Source of the DNA: Patescibacteria group bacterium
Lineage (GTDB): Bacteria > Patescibacteriota > Dojkabacteria > GCA-002793355
Reading direction: 5' to 3'
DNA length: 64,000 bases
Assembly (NCBI GenBank): GCA_016860985.1
Contig: BOKM01000001.1
Span: 920,040-984,039 of the forward strand
Shown: piece after piece, positions 29,109-39,015 of the stretch
How the letters are laid out: every line of letters begins with the position of its first letter
How positions within the stretch are numbered: position 1 is the stretch's first letter
Notes under the pieces: generated by a model
The model's input: the letters and a program-made list of their open reading frames with translations, nothing else
Told to the model about the DNA's origin: nothing
Database searches by the model: none
Made by a program: the position numbers and the translations under genes

Positions 29109-32100
29109 TTAAAATTTAGGGTGTGGATTTTCGCCTGTGAGGCGTTTTGGATATTTTTTCGAGTTCGCTGTCACGATTGAGTTCCAATCAATTGAAAAAT
29201 GAGGCACAGGGTTAGTATGCGACAGAGATGAGCTGCCATTTCTTGTTTCAAAATGTAGGTGAGCAAGAAGTGGTTCGCATTTGTAGTTGCCACTGTTCCC
29301 CGAAATCGCTAATTTACTCCCCTTTTTTACTATATCTCCAACTGTAATCTTCTTGCTGTTGGGATAGTTAAGCGAAGCGAGGTGAAAGAAATATGTGTAA
29401 AGGCCGTTGTCATATTTCACTCCAACGTAATAACCTCCGGCGTTACAGGCGTCCTTTCTGTGGTATCCTGCTGCAAATATTTTGCCGTCAGCTGGAGCAA
29501 GTATGGTTGCTTTGTTTACAGCGAAATCTATTCCGCTGTGCGCTTTGTCATATGCAGTTTTTCCATACCACTGTGACACTTGAACTAAAGAGGAAAAGAG
29601 CCATCCAAAAAAACGTTTTGCGTTCTGCCTTTTTATGAGAGGGAAACTTAACTCCGTCGCCGGAGATGTTGTAGTCGCTGTTAGGGCAGAATCTCCGATC
29701 GTTGCGCTAAAAATGAGTAAATAACTTACTTCGATTTTTATGCTTTGTGCTATTTTATGTGAAAAACTAACATTGTTATTGAGCTCAAGCTGAGCTTTTG
29801 TTCCGCCAAAATACAGTGGGTATAATTTGCCGAACACCGTGATTGTGCTGTCTGCAACCTTAACGCAGCCATACCACGTACGAGGATCCCACAGTGATTT
29901 TGCTTTGCACGATGTTGCCGTTATGTAAATTTTTGGATCTTTAAGTTGTAACTGCCGGAATACGCTTTTTTCTTTTTGGGCATCGAGCGGGATGGTTTCA
30001 ATGTAATCAATCGTCTTTATTGGCCATTCGCAGTTAATATCCTTGAATTCTGTGTCTGTGTTATGGAACGAGGTCGTACACGTTACTACAGGTGTGTCTG
30101 CCTTAAGCTTCGCGGAACTTCTTACCAATACTGATTCGCTTAAATCACTTTTATTCCCCGCTTTGTCAATTACTCTCCCCGTGAACGAGGCTAATGAAGT
30201 GGCATTTGATAGTGTAATTGTTTTTTTGTAAGGTGTTTTTGGTGTGCAGGTGCCTGCATTATAATAAATGCCATTTATGAACAACTCTGTTCTTACTTCT
30301 TCCCGGCAGGTTACTTTTATCTGTACAGCATTTTGAGCTTCCTCTTTAATAGACAATGTAGGTTTAGTTGGTGGCAAGGTATCAACAATAAACCGCACCG
30401 ATTTACTCGATGTATTTCCTGCATCATCAGTGCAGGTCGCTTTAAGAGTATGCTCGCCATCAGTGTAGGTAAGAGGTGCTTTATGTGTATTTTTATTTTC
30501 GGAAATTATTCTTCCCCCAGAATATAAGTTTCCAACTGCTTTGTCAGAACAAATACTCGTTATTGTCAACTTTCTTTGCCGTGTCACCTGATTCTCGCTA
30601 ATTCCATAGATGAGCGGAGGTCGGGGAGGTGTTGTATCGATGCGAAGAAATATTGGATTCGACTCTGAAATATAACCGACTGCATCTTCTGCTACCATTA
30701 TTGCAATGTAATCTCCATCAGGATACTTGTTTGATTCTGGCCAATGAGTCCATAAGTACGATTTTTCAAATTCTGTTTCAGAGTAAACTGTATTAAATTG
30801 TGAATCTTGAATAACAAGTTTTATGCTCTTATGTGTTGTGTCTTCTGCTGCTCCTTGCAAATAAACATTGGTGGTTGGAACGCCATTTTTGTCGAACTTA
30901 GGGGAGATTACATTATTGTTCGATTTAAAATATCTAAGAATAGGAGGTTTAATGTCAATTGTTGTTGACACAAAATCTGACCATTCTGAGAAGTTCCCGG
31001 CTCTATCTCTGGCTCTAACTTTGTAGTAATAGGTCTTTTCTTTTGCGTGGATGACGTCTGCAAAATTGTTTGTGTTCCAGCCTCCATATGTGTTATATGA
31101 CTTGAAATCGGCTCTTTCGCTGGATAAGAGTTGGTATTCAACAATATCTTCCAAAGGAAACCAAAAAATAGTATTGTTTTCGGAGTTTGTGTAATACGGT
31201 TCTTGAATAATTCGAGGTGGGTTTGGGGGAGTTCGGTCAATTGTGAAAGTGACTTCTTCTCCCCATACTCTTTCTGAATGTCCATCATCTGCACTGCACG
31301 ATGCTATATATGTGCCTTGAGGGAGTGATATATAAGAATTTGCGGCAGTTGATATTGGTTGTGTGATTATAGGACTTGAACAATTGGGGGTATCACAAAC
31401 TCGCAAGGTATATCCAATTTTATCTCCTTCATTATCAAGAGAGACGTCAGCTTTAAAGGCAACCTCCTCTTTTGCAATTGACTCGTTTGAGTTTGGAGTA
31501 AGTAATTTGCATAGTGTTGGTAGTGAATTTCCGCGAAGTGAAATACGTATTTTAGGACGGAGTGATTCAGAATCGCACCTTGGTGAGGTTGGTGCGAGAG
31601 TGCAACCATGAGCCCAAAAAATGAGTGCCTTGTCGGTTTCGGGGTTAATTTTAAGTAAAATCCCTTTATCGCTAGGATTTACTGATTTCATAATTTCTAG
31701 AAAGCTATTGGTGATATTTATACTCTTTTCCCCATTTGTGGTAGTTATTGTTGTGGAATCTCGTTTTGGCGAGATTGCGGGTTGTTGGGACCACGTAACA
31801 GAATCCATATCCCATGGAGAGGTTGTGGTATAGGCGTCAATTGTTGCTGTATTTTCTGTGCCTTCGTAGTAATACTGATGTAAGAGTAATTCCACTCGGG
31901 CAATATCAGAGCTAATTATGTCTAATTCTCTAAGTCTACTAACCGCAGCTTTCACCAACGTGCGTGTTTTACCTTTTCCATACAGAGAATCTGTGCCAAT
32001 ATATAAATTGCGGTTATCCCACGTTACGATGCTTGGATACTTTTCTTCTACATAGGTGTCTTCTGTAATCTCTAGTTCGACGGTATCTGCTGCTAAAACT

Positions 32101-32144
32101 GGTGCTATAGAGATGCCAAGCAATAAAATGAGTAAACAAACCAT
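29109..32144 (-). CDS. Large secreted multidomain protein (1011 aa) with a C-terminal M23 (LytM-type) metallopeptidase domain
   Basis: The signal peptide is MVCLLILLLGISIAPVLA|AD. The N-terminal domain contains WDNRNLYIG...SRLRELD. Several Ig/FN3-like beta domains follow. The C-terminal M23 motifs are H-SGIDFAV, the (D/N)GLYTYFFHL block and GNSGN.....LAHLHFE. Confidence 0.75.
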   Translation of the reverse strand: MVCLLILLLGISIAPVLAADTVELEITEDTYVEEKYPSIVTWDNRNLYIGTDSLYGKGKTRTLVKAAVSRLRELDIISSDIARVELLLHQYYYEGTENTATIDAYTTTSPWDMDSVTWSQQPAISPKRDSTTITTTNGEKSINITNSFLEIMKSVNPSDKGILLKINPETDKALIFWAHGCTLAPTSPRCDSESLRPKIRISLRGNSLPTLCKLLTPNSNESIAKEEVAFKADVSLDNEGDKIGYTLRVCDTPNCSSPIITQPISTAANSYISLPQGTYIASCSADDGHSERVWGEEVTFTIDRTPPNPPRIIQEPYYTNSENNTIFWFPLEDIVEYQLLSSERADFKSYNTYGGWNTNNFADVIHAKEKTYYYKVRARDRAGNFSEWSDFVSTTIDIKPPILRYFKSNNNVISPKFDKNGVPTTNVYLQGAAEDTTHKSIKLVIQDSQFNTVYSETEFEKSYLWTHWPESNKYPDGDYIAIMVAEDAVGYISESNPIFLRIDTTPPRPPLIYGISENQVTRQRKLTITSICSDKAVGNLYSGGRIISENKNTHKAPLTYTDGEHTLKATCTDDAGNTSSKSVRFIVDTLPPTKPTLSIKEEAQNAVQIKVTCREEVRTELFINGIYYNAGTCTPKTPYKKTITLSNATSLASFTGRVIDKAGNKSDLSESVLVRSSAKLKADTPVVTCTTSFHNTDTEFKDINCEWPIKTIDYIETIPLDAQKEKSVFRQLQLKDPKIYITATSCKAKSLWDPRTWYGCVKVADSTITVFGKLYPLYFGGTKAQLELNNNVSFSHKIAQSIKIEVSYLLIFSATIGDSALTATTTSPATELSFPLIKRQNAKRFFGWLFSSLVQVSQWYGKTAYDKAHSGIDFAVNKATILAPADGKIFAAGYHRKDACNAGGYYVGVKYDNGLYTYFFHLASLNYPNSKKITVGDIVKKGSKLAISGNSGNYKCEPLLAHLHFETRNGSSSLSHTNPVPHFSIDWNSIVTANSKKYPKRLTGENPHPKF

Positions 32145-32187
32145 GTTGAAATACTACGTCACGAAAAGTGACGAGTTAGTTTGTGCC

Positions 32188-32910
32188 TTACAGTGCAAGG
32201 CGGCTCTTGCTTCGCTGTTTTTGATTCTCTTCAGCAATCTTTTTGTGATTTCCTGAGCGAAGGACCTCAGGTACAACTCTCGTCTGCTCTGTGCCATTGT
32301 TATCAACAAAATTGAAAACCGCAGGACTTGTGAATTGTGGATGTTCTCCAAGAACTGCAATTCCATCTTGATCTGGCATAAAGGTAGTTTCTTCTTGTGC
32401 GCTAAACGAGTTGCCTAATACACCAGGGATAAGCCTGGTAACGCTATCAATTACGATTAAGGCAGGTAGCTCACCTCCTGTAAGTATGTATGGTCCAATT
32501 GTTAGTTCTTCATGTACCCACTCGTATACTCTTGCATCAAAACCTTCGTAATGTCCACAAAGAAGAATGTAGTTTACATCTGTGGACGAAGCCATTAATT
32601 CTGCTTTATGTTGATTAAACAATTCGCCCGAAGCTACCGTCGCCACAACTCTTGGGGTAAGTCCTTTGGCTACTGACTTTTCGCTGAGTGCTTGAATCGC
32701 CTTATAAAGTGGTGCAACTTTTAACAACATTCCTGCACCGCCACCAAATACTCTATCATCTACGGTCCTGTGTTTATCAGCTGTCCAACTGCGAAGATCA
32801 TGAACAGAAATATTAACCTTTTCAGCCTTTCGTGCTCGTCCAATAATGCTGGTATTACAATAATTCTCAATGATATCCGGAAAAACTGTAACAATATCAA
32901 AATGAACCAT
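32188..32910 (-). CDS. trmD: tRNA (guanine37-N1)-methyltransferase TrmD
   Basis: The N-terminus reads MVHFDIVTVFPDII. The SPOUT-knot motifs DDRVFGGGAGMLLK and LLCGHYEGFD are present. Confidence 0.85.
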   Translation of the reverse strand: MVHFDIVTVFPDIIENYCNTSIIGRARKAEKVNISVHDLRSWTADKHRTVDDRVFGGGAGMLLKVAPLYKAIQALSEKSVAKGLTPRVVATVASGELFNQHKAELMASSTDVNYILLCGHYEGFDARVYEWVHEELTIGPYILTGGELPALIVIDSVTRLIPGVLGNSFSAQEETTFMPDQDGIAVLGEHPQFTSPAVFNFVDNNGTEQTRVVPEVLRSGNHKKIAEENQKQRSKSRLAL

Positions 32911-33297
32911 TTATTTAGGAAGGTAAGGAATTATATGTGGGCCAAAGACAAAAAAACCAACAACTATCGCAGCTGCTGCAGAAATAAGAACCGCACCTGC
33001 TGCAACATCTTTTGCGTACTTTATTGCCCCATGGTGTTTTGTGGTAATGGCGTCGCAGGCTTTTTCGATGGCTGAGTTTAGCGATTCTGCAAGTAGCACA
33101 AGGGTTGCACTAAAAATTATTCCGTACCATTCGACGAGTGAGAGTTTAAAAAATACGCCAGCAGCTACAACTAATATGGAAACAACAAGTTCAATTCTAA
33201 AATTTAACTGAGATGCAATAATCAGATAAACGCCATTCCATGCGTGAGAATGACTTTTTACATGTTTGTGGAGGTCTTCTTTGATTTTTTGAACCAT
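32911..33297 (-). CDS. dgkA: Prokaryotic diacylglycerol kinase family (DgkA / undecaprenol kinase)
   Basis: Aligns with E. coli DgkA. Here KSHSHAWNGVYLIIASQLNFRIE matches KAAGYSWKGLRAAWINEAAFRQE, AESLNSAIE matches VEILNSAIE, and AKDVAAGAVL matches AKDMGSAAVL. Three TM segments are present. Confidence 0.7.
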   Translation of the reverse strand: MVQKIKEDLHKHVKSHSHAWNGVYLIIASQLNFRIELVVSILVVAAGVFFKLSLVEWYGIIFSATLVLLAESLNSAIEKACDAITTKHHGAIKYAKDVAAGAVLISAAAAIVVGFFVFGPHIIPYLPK

Positions 33298-34745
33298 TTG
33301 AGGAAGTATAAAATTACCTGTTGGACTGTTTTGGCAATTATAACGATATCAAGCCAAATAGACCAATTCTGGATGTACCACGTACTCATTTTTAGTCGTT
33401 GATCAAACGAAAGCGCATCACGACCACTTACGGTCCATAAGTCAGTAATACCAGGTTTTGCAGCAAGTACTCGCTCGAAATAATCACCAATCAATTCTCT
33501 CTCTCTTGGCATAAAAGGTCTTGGTCCAACAATACTCATATCTCCCTTTAGTACATTAAACAGTTGGGCCAGTTCATCTATTGAGGTTTTACGAATAAGA
33601 TTCATACCTGGAAGCACACGTGGGTCGTGTTCAAGTTTTTGATATTTATCCCACTCCTTTTTTTTGATTTCTGGGTTTTCTGCGAGATATTTCCATAAAA
33701 TATCGTCATTTTCGTTTTTGTAGGCTTCCTTTCTCATTGAACGGAATTTATGGAAGATGAATATGTTCCCCCCTCTGCCATATCTTTCGTGGTCGTAAAA
33801 AATTGGTGCGCCGTCTTTGATATATACGAGCAAGGCTTCAAAAAGGAGAATTGGAGATGCAAGCAATATACCTATGAGTGACAATACGATGTCCATGAGG
33901 CGCTTTAGAAACTTATTCAATGGATTGTTAAGACCTTTATCAATATCAAAAACAAATAGATTCTCGTACATGAGGTGGTAGACATCTGCGTTCATGACGT
34001 CCAAATCCATAAGCTCAGGTACAACGAGTATATGGCTAGATACAAAGTAAAGTCGTTCTACCAATTCGGCTATCTTCGGTGATGCAAAGTCTTTTACCAC
34101 AACTAATATAGTTTCAGTTCGGTATTTTTTAGTAGCTTCTTTGACTTTTGCTACAATTTCGGAGACTTCTTCGTCTTTTATGGAGACTCCTATAGATTGT
34201 GTAATATGGTAGCCTATAAATCGGTTCCTAAGGAATGAATCAGTGAGTGAATGTGTTGTATCTACTTGAATTTCAATAACCTCTTTTCTCCAATAGCCGA
34301 GTTGATAGAGTATCGCTTTGATAAACCGCCTTGCAAGCGGGAGCATTCCGAAGAGAATGAGTGGATGTAACACAAAGAGAATACGCGAGATATAGATATC
34401 AATTTTTCCGAGCGAAATAATGGAATAGACAAAAAGCGCTGAAAGTGCAATCGCGTTCACAAGTATTCGAGTCTCTTGCCAGAAAGGTCTATGCTTATGA
34501 TATAGCCCTTGGAAAACAAAAATACTGATGTAGAGTGGAATTATCCACCAGTTTGCGAGAACATACGTCCAAAAATCTTGTGTCGTTAAATCAGGAATTG
34601 TTATGTATATGCCGATAAGGTTTCGTACTCCAATAGCAAGTGCAAACGCAACAACAAGAACAAAGATGTCTGATGCAAGCATCGTGAGTATCGCTAATGC
34701 TGTTTTAAGCATCTCTTTCATGTGTTTTCTCAAATTCATCAACAA
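33258..34745 (-). CDS. Polyprenyl-phosphate glycosyl-1-phosphate transferase (WbaP/WcaJ-like 'bacterial sugar transferase')
   Basis: Four to five N-terminal TM segments precede a central domain. The C-terminal Bac_transf domain reads LKRLMDIVLSLIGILLASPILL...FHKFRSM....DPRV..G..IRKTSIDELAQLFNVLKGDMSIVGPRP. Confidence 0.75.
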   Translation of the reverse strand: MLMNLRKHMKEMLKTALAILTMLASDIFVLVVAFALAIGVRNLIGIYITIPDLTTQDFWTYVLANWWIIPLYISIFVFQGLYHKHRPFWQETRILVNAIALSALFVYSIISLGKIDIYISRILFVLHPLILFGMLPLARRFIKAILYQLGYWRKEVIEIQVDTTHSLTDSFLRNRFIGYHITQSIGVSIKDEEVSEIVAKVKEATKKYRTETILVVVKDFASPKIAELVERLYFVSSHILVVPELMDLDVMNADVYHLMYENLFVFDIDKGLNNPLNKFLKRLMDIVLSLIGILLASPILLFEALLVYIKDGAPIFYDHERYGRGGNIFIFHKFRSMRKEAYKNENDDILWKYLAENPEIKKKEWDKYQKLEHDPRVLPGMNLIRKTSIDELAQLFNVLKGDMSIVGPRPFMPRERELIGDYFERVLAAKPGITDLWTVSGRDALSFDQRLKMSTWYIQNWSIWLDIVIIAKTVQQVILYFLKWFKKSKKTSTNM

Positions 34746-35868
34746 GGTGACGTATTTTATCTATGAAACTACTGATATCGTATTCTAACACGCTATTGTG
34801 AAACGCTTGCTGTTGCGCATTATTTCGTTTAAATGCGAGTGCCCAATCAAGTGCAGGTGTAAGCGTTTCTGTAGTAAGTGAATCGAGTAAGTATCCTGTC
34901 TTTTTATGAGTGACTATCTCTTTTCCTCCGCCTGCATTGTATGTAATTACGGGTGTACCTACAGAGAGTGCTTCGACCATCATAATGCCAAAATCTTCAA
35001 TATTCGGATACAAAAAGCCGCTATATGATGCAAAAAGTGCTGGTTTTTCGTTATCAGGAATATAGCGATTGATAAAAGTGATGTCTGGGTTGTGCGCTGC
35101 GAGACGTTTTACTTCTTCTGCCTGAGAACCCGTTCCTGCGATAGTGAGTTTATATCCTTTTGGCCAAACTTTCACCAATTTATCAAAATTCTTATAGGGT
35201 TCAATTCGACCAAAGGCTAGAAATTCAGGTTTTTGTTCTACAGTGTTTTGTTTAATTGATGCTGCAAATTTTTTTACATAAATTGGAGGGTTTATGATTG
35301 CAAGCGGTTCTTTACGATAGAATTTTCGAATGCGCGTTGCTACTTCTTGTGAGTTTGCAATCAAGCCGTGCACTCTTTGCGCATGAAGATAATCGCCTAT
35401 TCTAAACGCTGAGCCAAACAGTAAGTTCCACATAAACCGGAGAAAAGTATTTGAGCGAACCTTTTTGCTTGGAGGCATATTCCAAAGAAATCTTGGCGGC
35501 GTGTGAATATACGAAATATGATATTTGCCAGGAGGAGGAATGATATGTTTTGCAAAAGATGCGGTGTCACTTATGATAATTCGCGTGTCTGGGGTAAATT
35601 TCATTTGCGAGAAGGCAAGTGGCAACAAGAATTTGTAAATTTCGAGCAAATATGTGCGAGAAAAGGGTAATTTGTTTAGGAAGGTGCTTTTTACTGGAAC
35701 TGTGTCTAGCGGGGCATGTCTCGTTTCTGGATGATCAAAAGCAGCATAAATCGTGTTGTTAGGAAAGGCCTGCACCAAAGCATCAAATACTACCTCTGCC
35801 CCGCCCCATGCAATAAAAAAGTCATGTACAAGTGACACGTGCTTTTCATTTGGTTCGGTCGAGCGCAT
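34705..35868 (-). CDS. Glycosyltransferase family 4
   Basis: The N-terminus FFIAWGGAEVVF carries the GGAE loop. The C-terminal motif reads EALSVGTPVITYNAGGGKEIV..KKTGYL. Confidence 0.75.
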   Translation of the reverse strand: MRSTEPNEKHVSLVHDFFIAWGGAEVVFDALVQAFPNNTIYAAFDHPETRHAPLDTVPVKSTFLNKLPFSRTYLLEIYKFLLPLAFSQMKFTPDTRIIISDTASFAKHIIPPPGKYHISYIHTPPRFLWNMPPSKKVRSNTFLRFMWNLLFGSAFRIGDYLHAQRVHGLIANSQEVATRIRKFYRKEPLAIINPPIYVKKFAASIKQNTVEQKPEFLAFGRIEPYKNFDKLVKVWPKGYKLTIAGTGSQAEEVKRLAAHNPDITFINRYIPDNEKPALFASYSGFLYPNIEDFGIMMVEALSVGTPVITYNAGGGKEIVTHKKTGYLLDSLTTETLTPALDWALAFKRNNAQQQAFHNSVLEYDISSFIDKIRHLVDEFEKTHERDA

Positions 35869-35929
35869 AGGTGATTATACTCTGTTTCTTTATTATTGAA
35901 GAGTCTAGATAATCGGCGTAAAATACACT

Positions 35930-36340
35930 ATGGGTCAAGAAAAGGAAAAGCATTATGATAATGCAGAAATTCATGATTTTATTGTGACAATGCTTCCGCG
36001 TACTTTTTATCAAGAACCACCAATTGGTTCACAAGCTGCAACCGATTGGTTAAGAGGAAAAAAGGAAGCTTACCCACCACCGTGTTCTTGGCATGCTTTT
36101 TGCTATGCAGTTGCAATGGTTGGCGATACCAGAGATTGGGTGAGAAAAGATGCAATTGCTTTGGCAGATGGTAGCCCGTATCGCGTAAAGAAGCTTCTTG
36201 AGCGAACGATGGCACTAAACGAGGTTATGAAAAAACAATCGCGGGATCTTGATATGCAGACGTTTCTTGAGAGCTCGGCTGAAAAGCATCCAATCATTAC
36301 AGACTTAAATCTGGCAACGATGATTGTTAGTCTAGGTTGA
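35930..36340 (+). CDS. Hypothetical protein (136 aa)
   Basis: Clean ORF with a divergent promoter region shared with the GT4 gene. No family was recognised. Confidence 0.4.
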   Translation: MGQEKEKHYDNAEIHDFIVTMLPRTFYQEPPIGSQAATDWLRGKKEAYPPPCSWHAFCYAVAMVGDTRDWVRKDAIALADGSPYRVKKLLERTMALNEVMKKQSRDLDMQTFLESSAEKHPIITDLNLATMIVSLG

Positions 36341-36534
36341 TGGAGATTGAAGTTTATCAATAGCTTGGATAATTAGATCTGAAGAGATTTGGAGTGCTTT
36401 AATCCTTCGAATAACTAAGGTGTGTTGTGAGGTTCCCACTCTAAGTTTCGGTTCTACTTTTTGGAGTTTGCTTATTGTTGAAGTGATTGCCCTTAATGCT
36501 TCTAACAATTCTTCGTTTGAGTACTGGCTCATAA
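36332..36534 (-). CDS. Possible small ORF (66 aa, MSQYSNEELLEALRAI...). The longer 100-aa track ORF would overlap tRNA-Gly and is rejected.
   Basis: Only the portion downstream of the tRNA can be coding. The sequence is helical and low in complexity. Confidence 0.2.
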
Positions 36535-36592
36535 TTCTCTCTCGATATGCTTTTCTGTTTTTCCACTTCTGTTTGAAAGTAATAACAGAAAA

Positions 36593-36666
36593 AGCGGACG
36601 ACGGGATTCGAACCCGCGACCTCTTCCTTGGCAAGGAAATGTTCTAGCCAACTGAACTACGTCCGC
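36593..36666 (-). tRNA. tRNA-Gly (anticodon GCC)
   Basis: A 74-nt cloverleaf: GCGGACG-TA-GTTC-AGTTGGCTA-GAAC-A-TTTCC-TTGCCAA-GGAAG-AGGTC-GCGGG-TTCGAAT-CCCGT-CGTCCGC-T. Confidence 0.8.
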
Positions 36667-36727
36667 ATATTTCGGAGATTGTATCCGAATTGCTGTATTC
36701 TATCATGCAGAAATGGTATAATTCAAT

Positions 36728-37507
36728 ATGCCAATAATAACCAATCAAGGGCAACAAGGCACTCCCCCCTCCTCTGCTCAAGCATCAACATCATTGCCAA
36801 CTCGAGTACAAAGCACGATGACATCGGTTACTCCGCCTACTGTTGTACCAACTCCAAAGATTGAGAATCCAGTTATTGCTCCACCTCCAGTGGTTAAAAC
36901 GCCAACTGTGAATATTGATGAAGACCTTGAAGATTTTGATGATATCGATGGAACCGATGAAGAAATGTCCACTCCCACGCCAGCAACTGGTACTAAGCAG
37001 CAACTTTCGCTCTCTCGTATGTCCGAAGAAGAACGTCGAAAAGTGATTGGTAATGTTTTTGTACTTGTATTAGGTCGTTCGCCTGCCGATAGGGATTTCA
37101 GTTACTATCGATTTAGTACGTTAACTGAAGACGGTCTGGTTAAGAGTTTACTGAACCTTCCTGAGCATAAAAAGTTAGTTGAAAAAGCAAACGAGCACAC
37201 GTCGCTTAAACAGAGTGTTATGGATTTAGACTTACAGGTAAAGCAATTATCTGAGTCAATGAATTCAATGAAAGAAGAGTTAATAACGATGCAAGACTTA
37301 CTTGTCGAAAAGAACAGGTATATTCAACAAATGCGTGGGGTTCCAGAGGCAAATATGGCTCCTGCTCCTGCACAGCCAAATAACGTTGTTGTGAATACTC
37401 AATCTACCTCAACAACTCCAGCAAAAGTCCCACCAACCGAAACAAAAAAACTTCCCGGACCTTTTGATGAACTAAAAAACATGGTAAAGGGGATTTTCTC
37501 CAAATAA
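36728..37507 (+). CDS. Pro/Thr-rich protein with a DUF4214-like segment and a C-terminal coiled coil
   Basis: The PT-rich N-terminal region contains TPPTVVPTPKIENPVIAPPPVVKTP, then an acidic patch. GNVFVLVLGRSPADRDFSYY matches the DUF4214 (hh)LGR.PD..G..YW consensus. Heptad-like coil SLKQSVMDLDLQVKQLSESMNSMKEEL follows. Confidence 0.5.
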   Translation: MPIITNQGQQGTPPSSAQASTSLPTRVQSTMTSVTPPTVVPTPKIENPVIAPPPVVKTPTVNIDEDLEDFDDIDGTDEEMSTPTPATGTKQQLSLSRMSEEERRKVIGNVFVLVLGRSPADRDFSYYRFSTLTEDGLVKSLLNLPEHKKLVEKANEHTSLKQSVMDLDLQVKQLSESMNSMKEELITMQDLLVEKNRYIQQMRGVPEANMAPAPAQPNNVVVNTQSTSTTPAKVPPTETKKLPGPFDELKNMVKGIFSK

Positions 37508-37549
37508 CGCATCCAAGTGTGTTTACTAGTAATAACGTGATGATGTGAC

Positions 37550-38341
37550 CTATTCTAGTAATTCTGCAGAAGTAGTCAGTAAGTAATCGGAAATACAAGT
37601 ATTCCAATCAGGAAGTGACTGAATTTCGTTGAGTACTTTTTGATATTCCAAGTCCATTGCTGCTGCCTCTTTGGCTTTGCTTTTGCTTGTGTATGCATAA
37701 GAACTGACAAAATACTCGTGTGATTTGAGTGTTCGTTGTAGATAATACGTGGGTGTTTCCTTTAATGAACAGGTAGCATATGTTTCTTTTGGCAATTCTT
37801 CCAGAGTTGTCAGTGCATTTTGCAATTCTTTTTTGCATTCTTCTAATTTTACGAGTATCTGCGAGGCTTTTGCCCTGTAAGAAATGTTCTTTTTACATTG
37901 GTTATATGCGAGTAAACTATTACCTATTCGCTCCTCTACTCGTAATGCAGTGTTTACAATTCGTAATGTGCCTAAATCTGATTTTCTTTGGTTGAGTAGG
38001 GAAAGTAGTTCGCTTGTATTTGCTTCTGTAATTTCTGTTTCTAATTGGGCAAGTTCCACTTGAATTTGATCGTAATCATTTTGTAGTGTCTCGATAACAA
38101 AGTCAGATACAGGAACGCGTTTGGAAAGAATAGAAGTTACTGTGTTTCCGTAGATTGTTTCGGTTTCCTCGAATTCGTTTGTTATTACGTCAAGTCTTGA
38201 TTGAAAAATACCCACACCTTCTGAACGTAGGCTAAGTAGCGACATGACTGCACTCGCGACAAGTATTATGCTCAAAAGCATGAGCGGAATTGCAACAATG
38301 CGGCGACTTATGTTGGTGCTTGTATTTTTGACTCGAGCCAT
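37550..38341 (-). CDS. Hypothetical N-terminally anchored coiled-coil membrane protein
   Basis: The TM is IVAIPLMLLSIILVASAVMSLLSL, followed by an extracytoplasmic helical domain. Confidence 0.5.
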   Translation of the reverse strand: MARVKNTSTNISRRIVAIPLMLLSIILVASAVMSLLSLRSEGVGIFQSRLDVITNEFEETETIYGNTVTSILSKRVPVSDFVIETLQNDYDQIQVELAQLETEITEANTSELLSLLNQRKSDLGTLRIVNTALRVEERIGNSLLAYNQCKKNISYRAKASQILVKLEECKKELQNALTTLEELPKETYATCSLKETPTYYLQRTLKSHEYFVSSYAYTSKSKAKEAAAMDLEYQKVLNEIQSLPDWNTCISDYLLTTSAELLE

Positions 38342-39015
38342 CGTGGAATAATATTTTTCTTAGCGTATAAGTAGAATCGATATATGCCGTATGGGATTGC
38401 GACAAAGAATATCAGGAATATTGTTAAGTACATGACAACAACATAAAAAGTATAAGTCGTTGTTACAGGAATAACAGTCTTTTTTGCATCCAGTTGCAGC
38501 TGTACATCTTGGGAAGTTACGTAATTGGTAGTGTTCGTGGTCAAAATGATGTCTGCTACTGCCCTTTGGTATCCAGTTGCATAAGGAGTTAAGGTGAAGG
38601 AAACTGTATACGTTTGGCCAGCTTGTGGGTTCGATAACGTCATGACTGTTGGACTTGAAACTAGTCCTGCCCTTCTTTGCCACCTGACTTCTAGTTTACT
38701 CCCTCCAATTTTTGGAGTAATGCTTAGCGTCACGGGCACTCGCTTATTCCATGGATATTGGGTCCCTACTTTTGCTGAGGTCGTGATGAAGTCGATTTTG
38801 GGAGTTGGGGTCGGAGTTGGAGTAATTTCTACTGTTTCAGTTGGAGTTGGGGTAATTGTGATTGAGCTGGTTGGAACAATTAATGTCGGTGTTCCAGAGA
38901 TAGTAGGAGAAGGAGTCGCGGTGGGTGATTGCGCTTTCACCCCGCTCATTAACGATAAAAGCACGATGGCAGTAATCAAGATGGCTACAAGTAACGATTT
39001 GTTATTTCTTTTCAT
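38308..39015 (-). CDS. Surface protein with a signal peptide, a PT-rich linker, a beta domain and a C-terminal TM anchor
   Basis: The signal peptide ends at SGVKA|QSP. The linker is (TPTP)n. The C-terminal TM is FYVVVMYLTIFLIFFVAIPYGIY, followed by a basic tail. Confidence 0.55.
   Translation of the reverse strand: MKRNNKSLLVAILITAIVLLSLMSGVKAQSPTATPSPTISGTPTLIVPTSSITITPTPTETVEITPTPTPTPKIDFITTSAKVGTQYPWNKRVPVTLSITPKIGGSKLEVRWQRRAGLVSSPTVMTLSNPQAGQTYTVSFTLTPYATGYQRAVADIILTTNTTNYVTSQDVQLQLDAKKTVIPVTTTYTFYVVVMYLTIFLIFFVAIPYGIYRFYLYAKKNIIPRWLESKIQAPT

Noticed and set aside
32144-32188. Hairpin cgtcac-gaaaa-gtgacg downstream of trmD
   Set aside because: The stem is 6 bp with no U-tract on either strand, which is too weak to call an intrinsic terminator.
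36332-36634. 100-aa minus-strand ORF
   Set aside because: Its first 14 codons are the tRNA-Gly(GCC) gene (36593..36666) read as protein. Only a shorter internal-Met version of 66 aa could be real, and that version is itself low-confidence.
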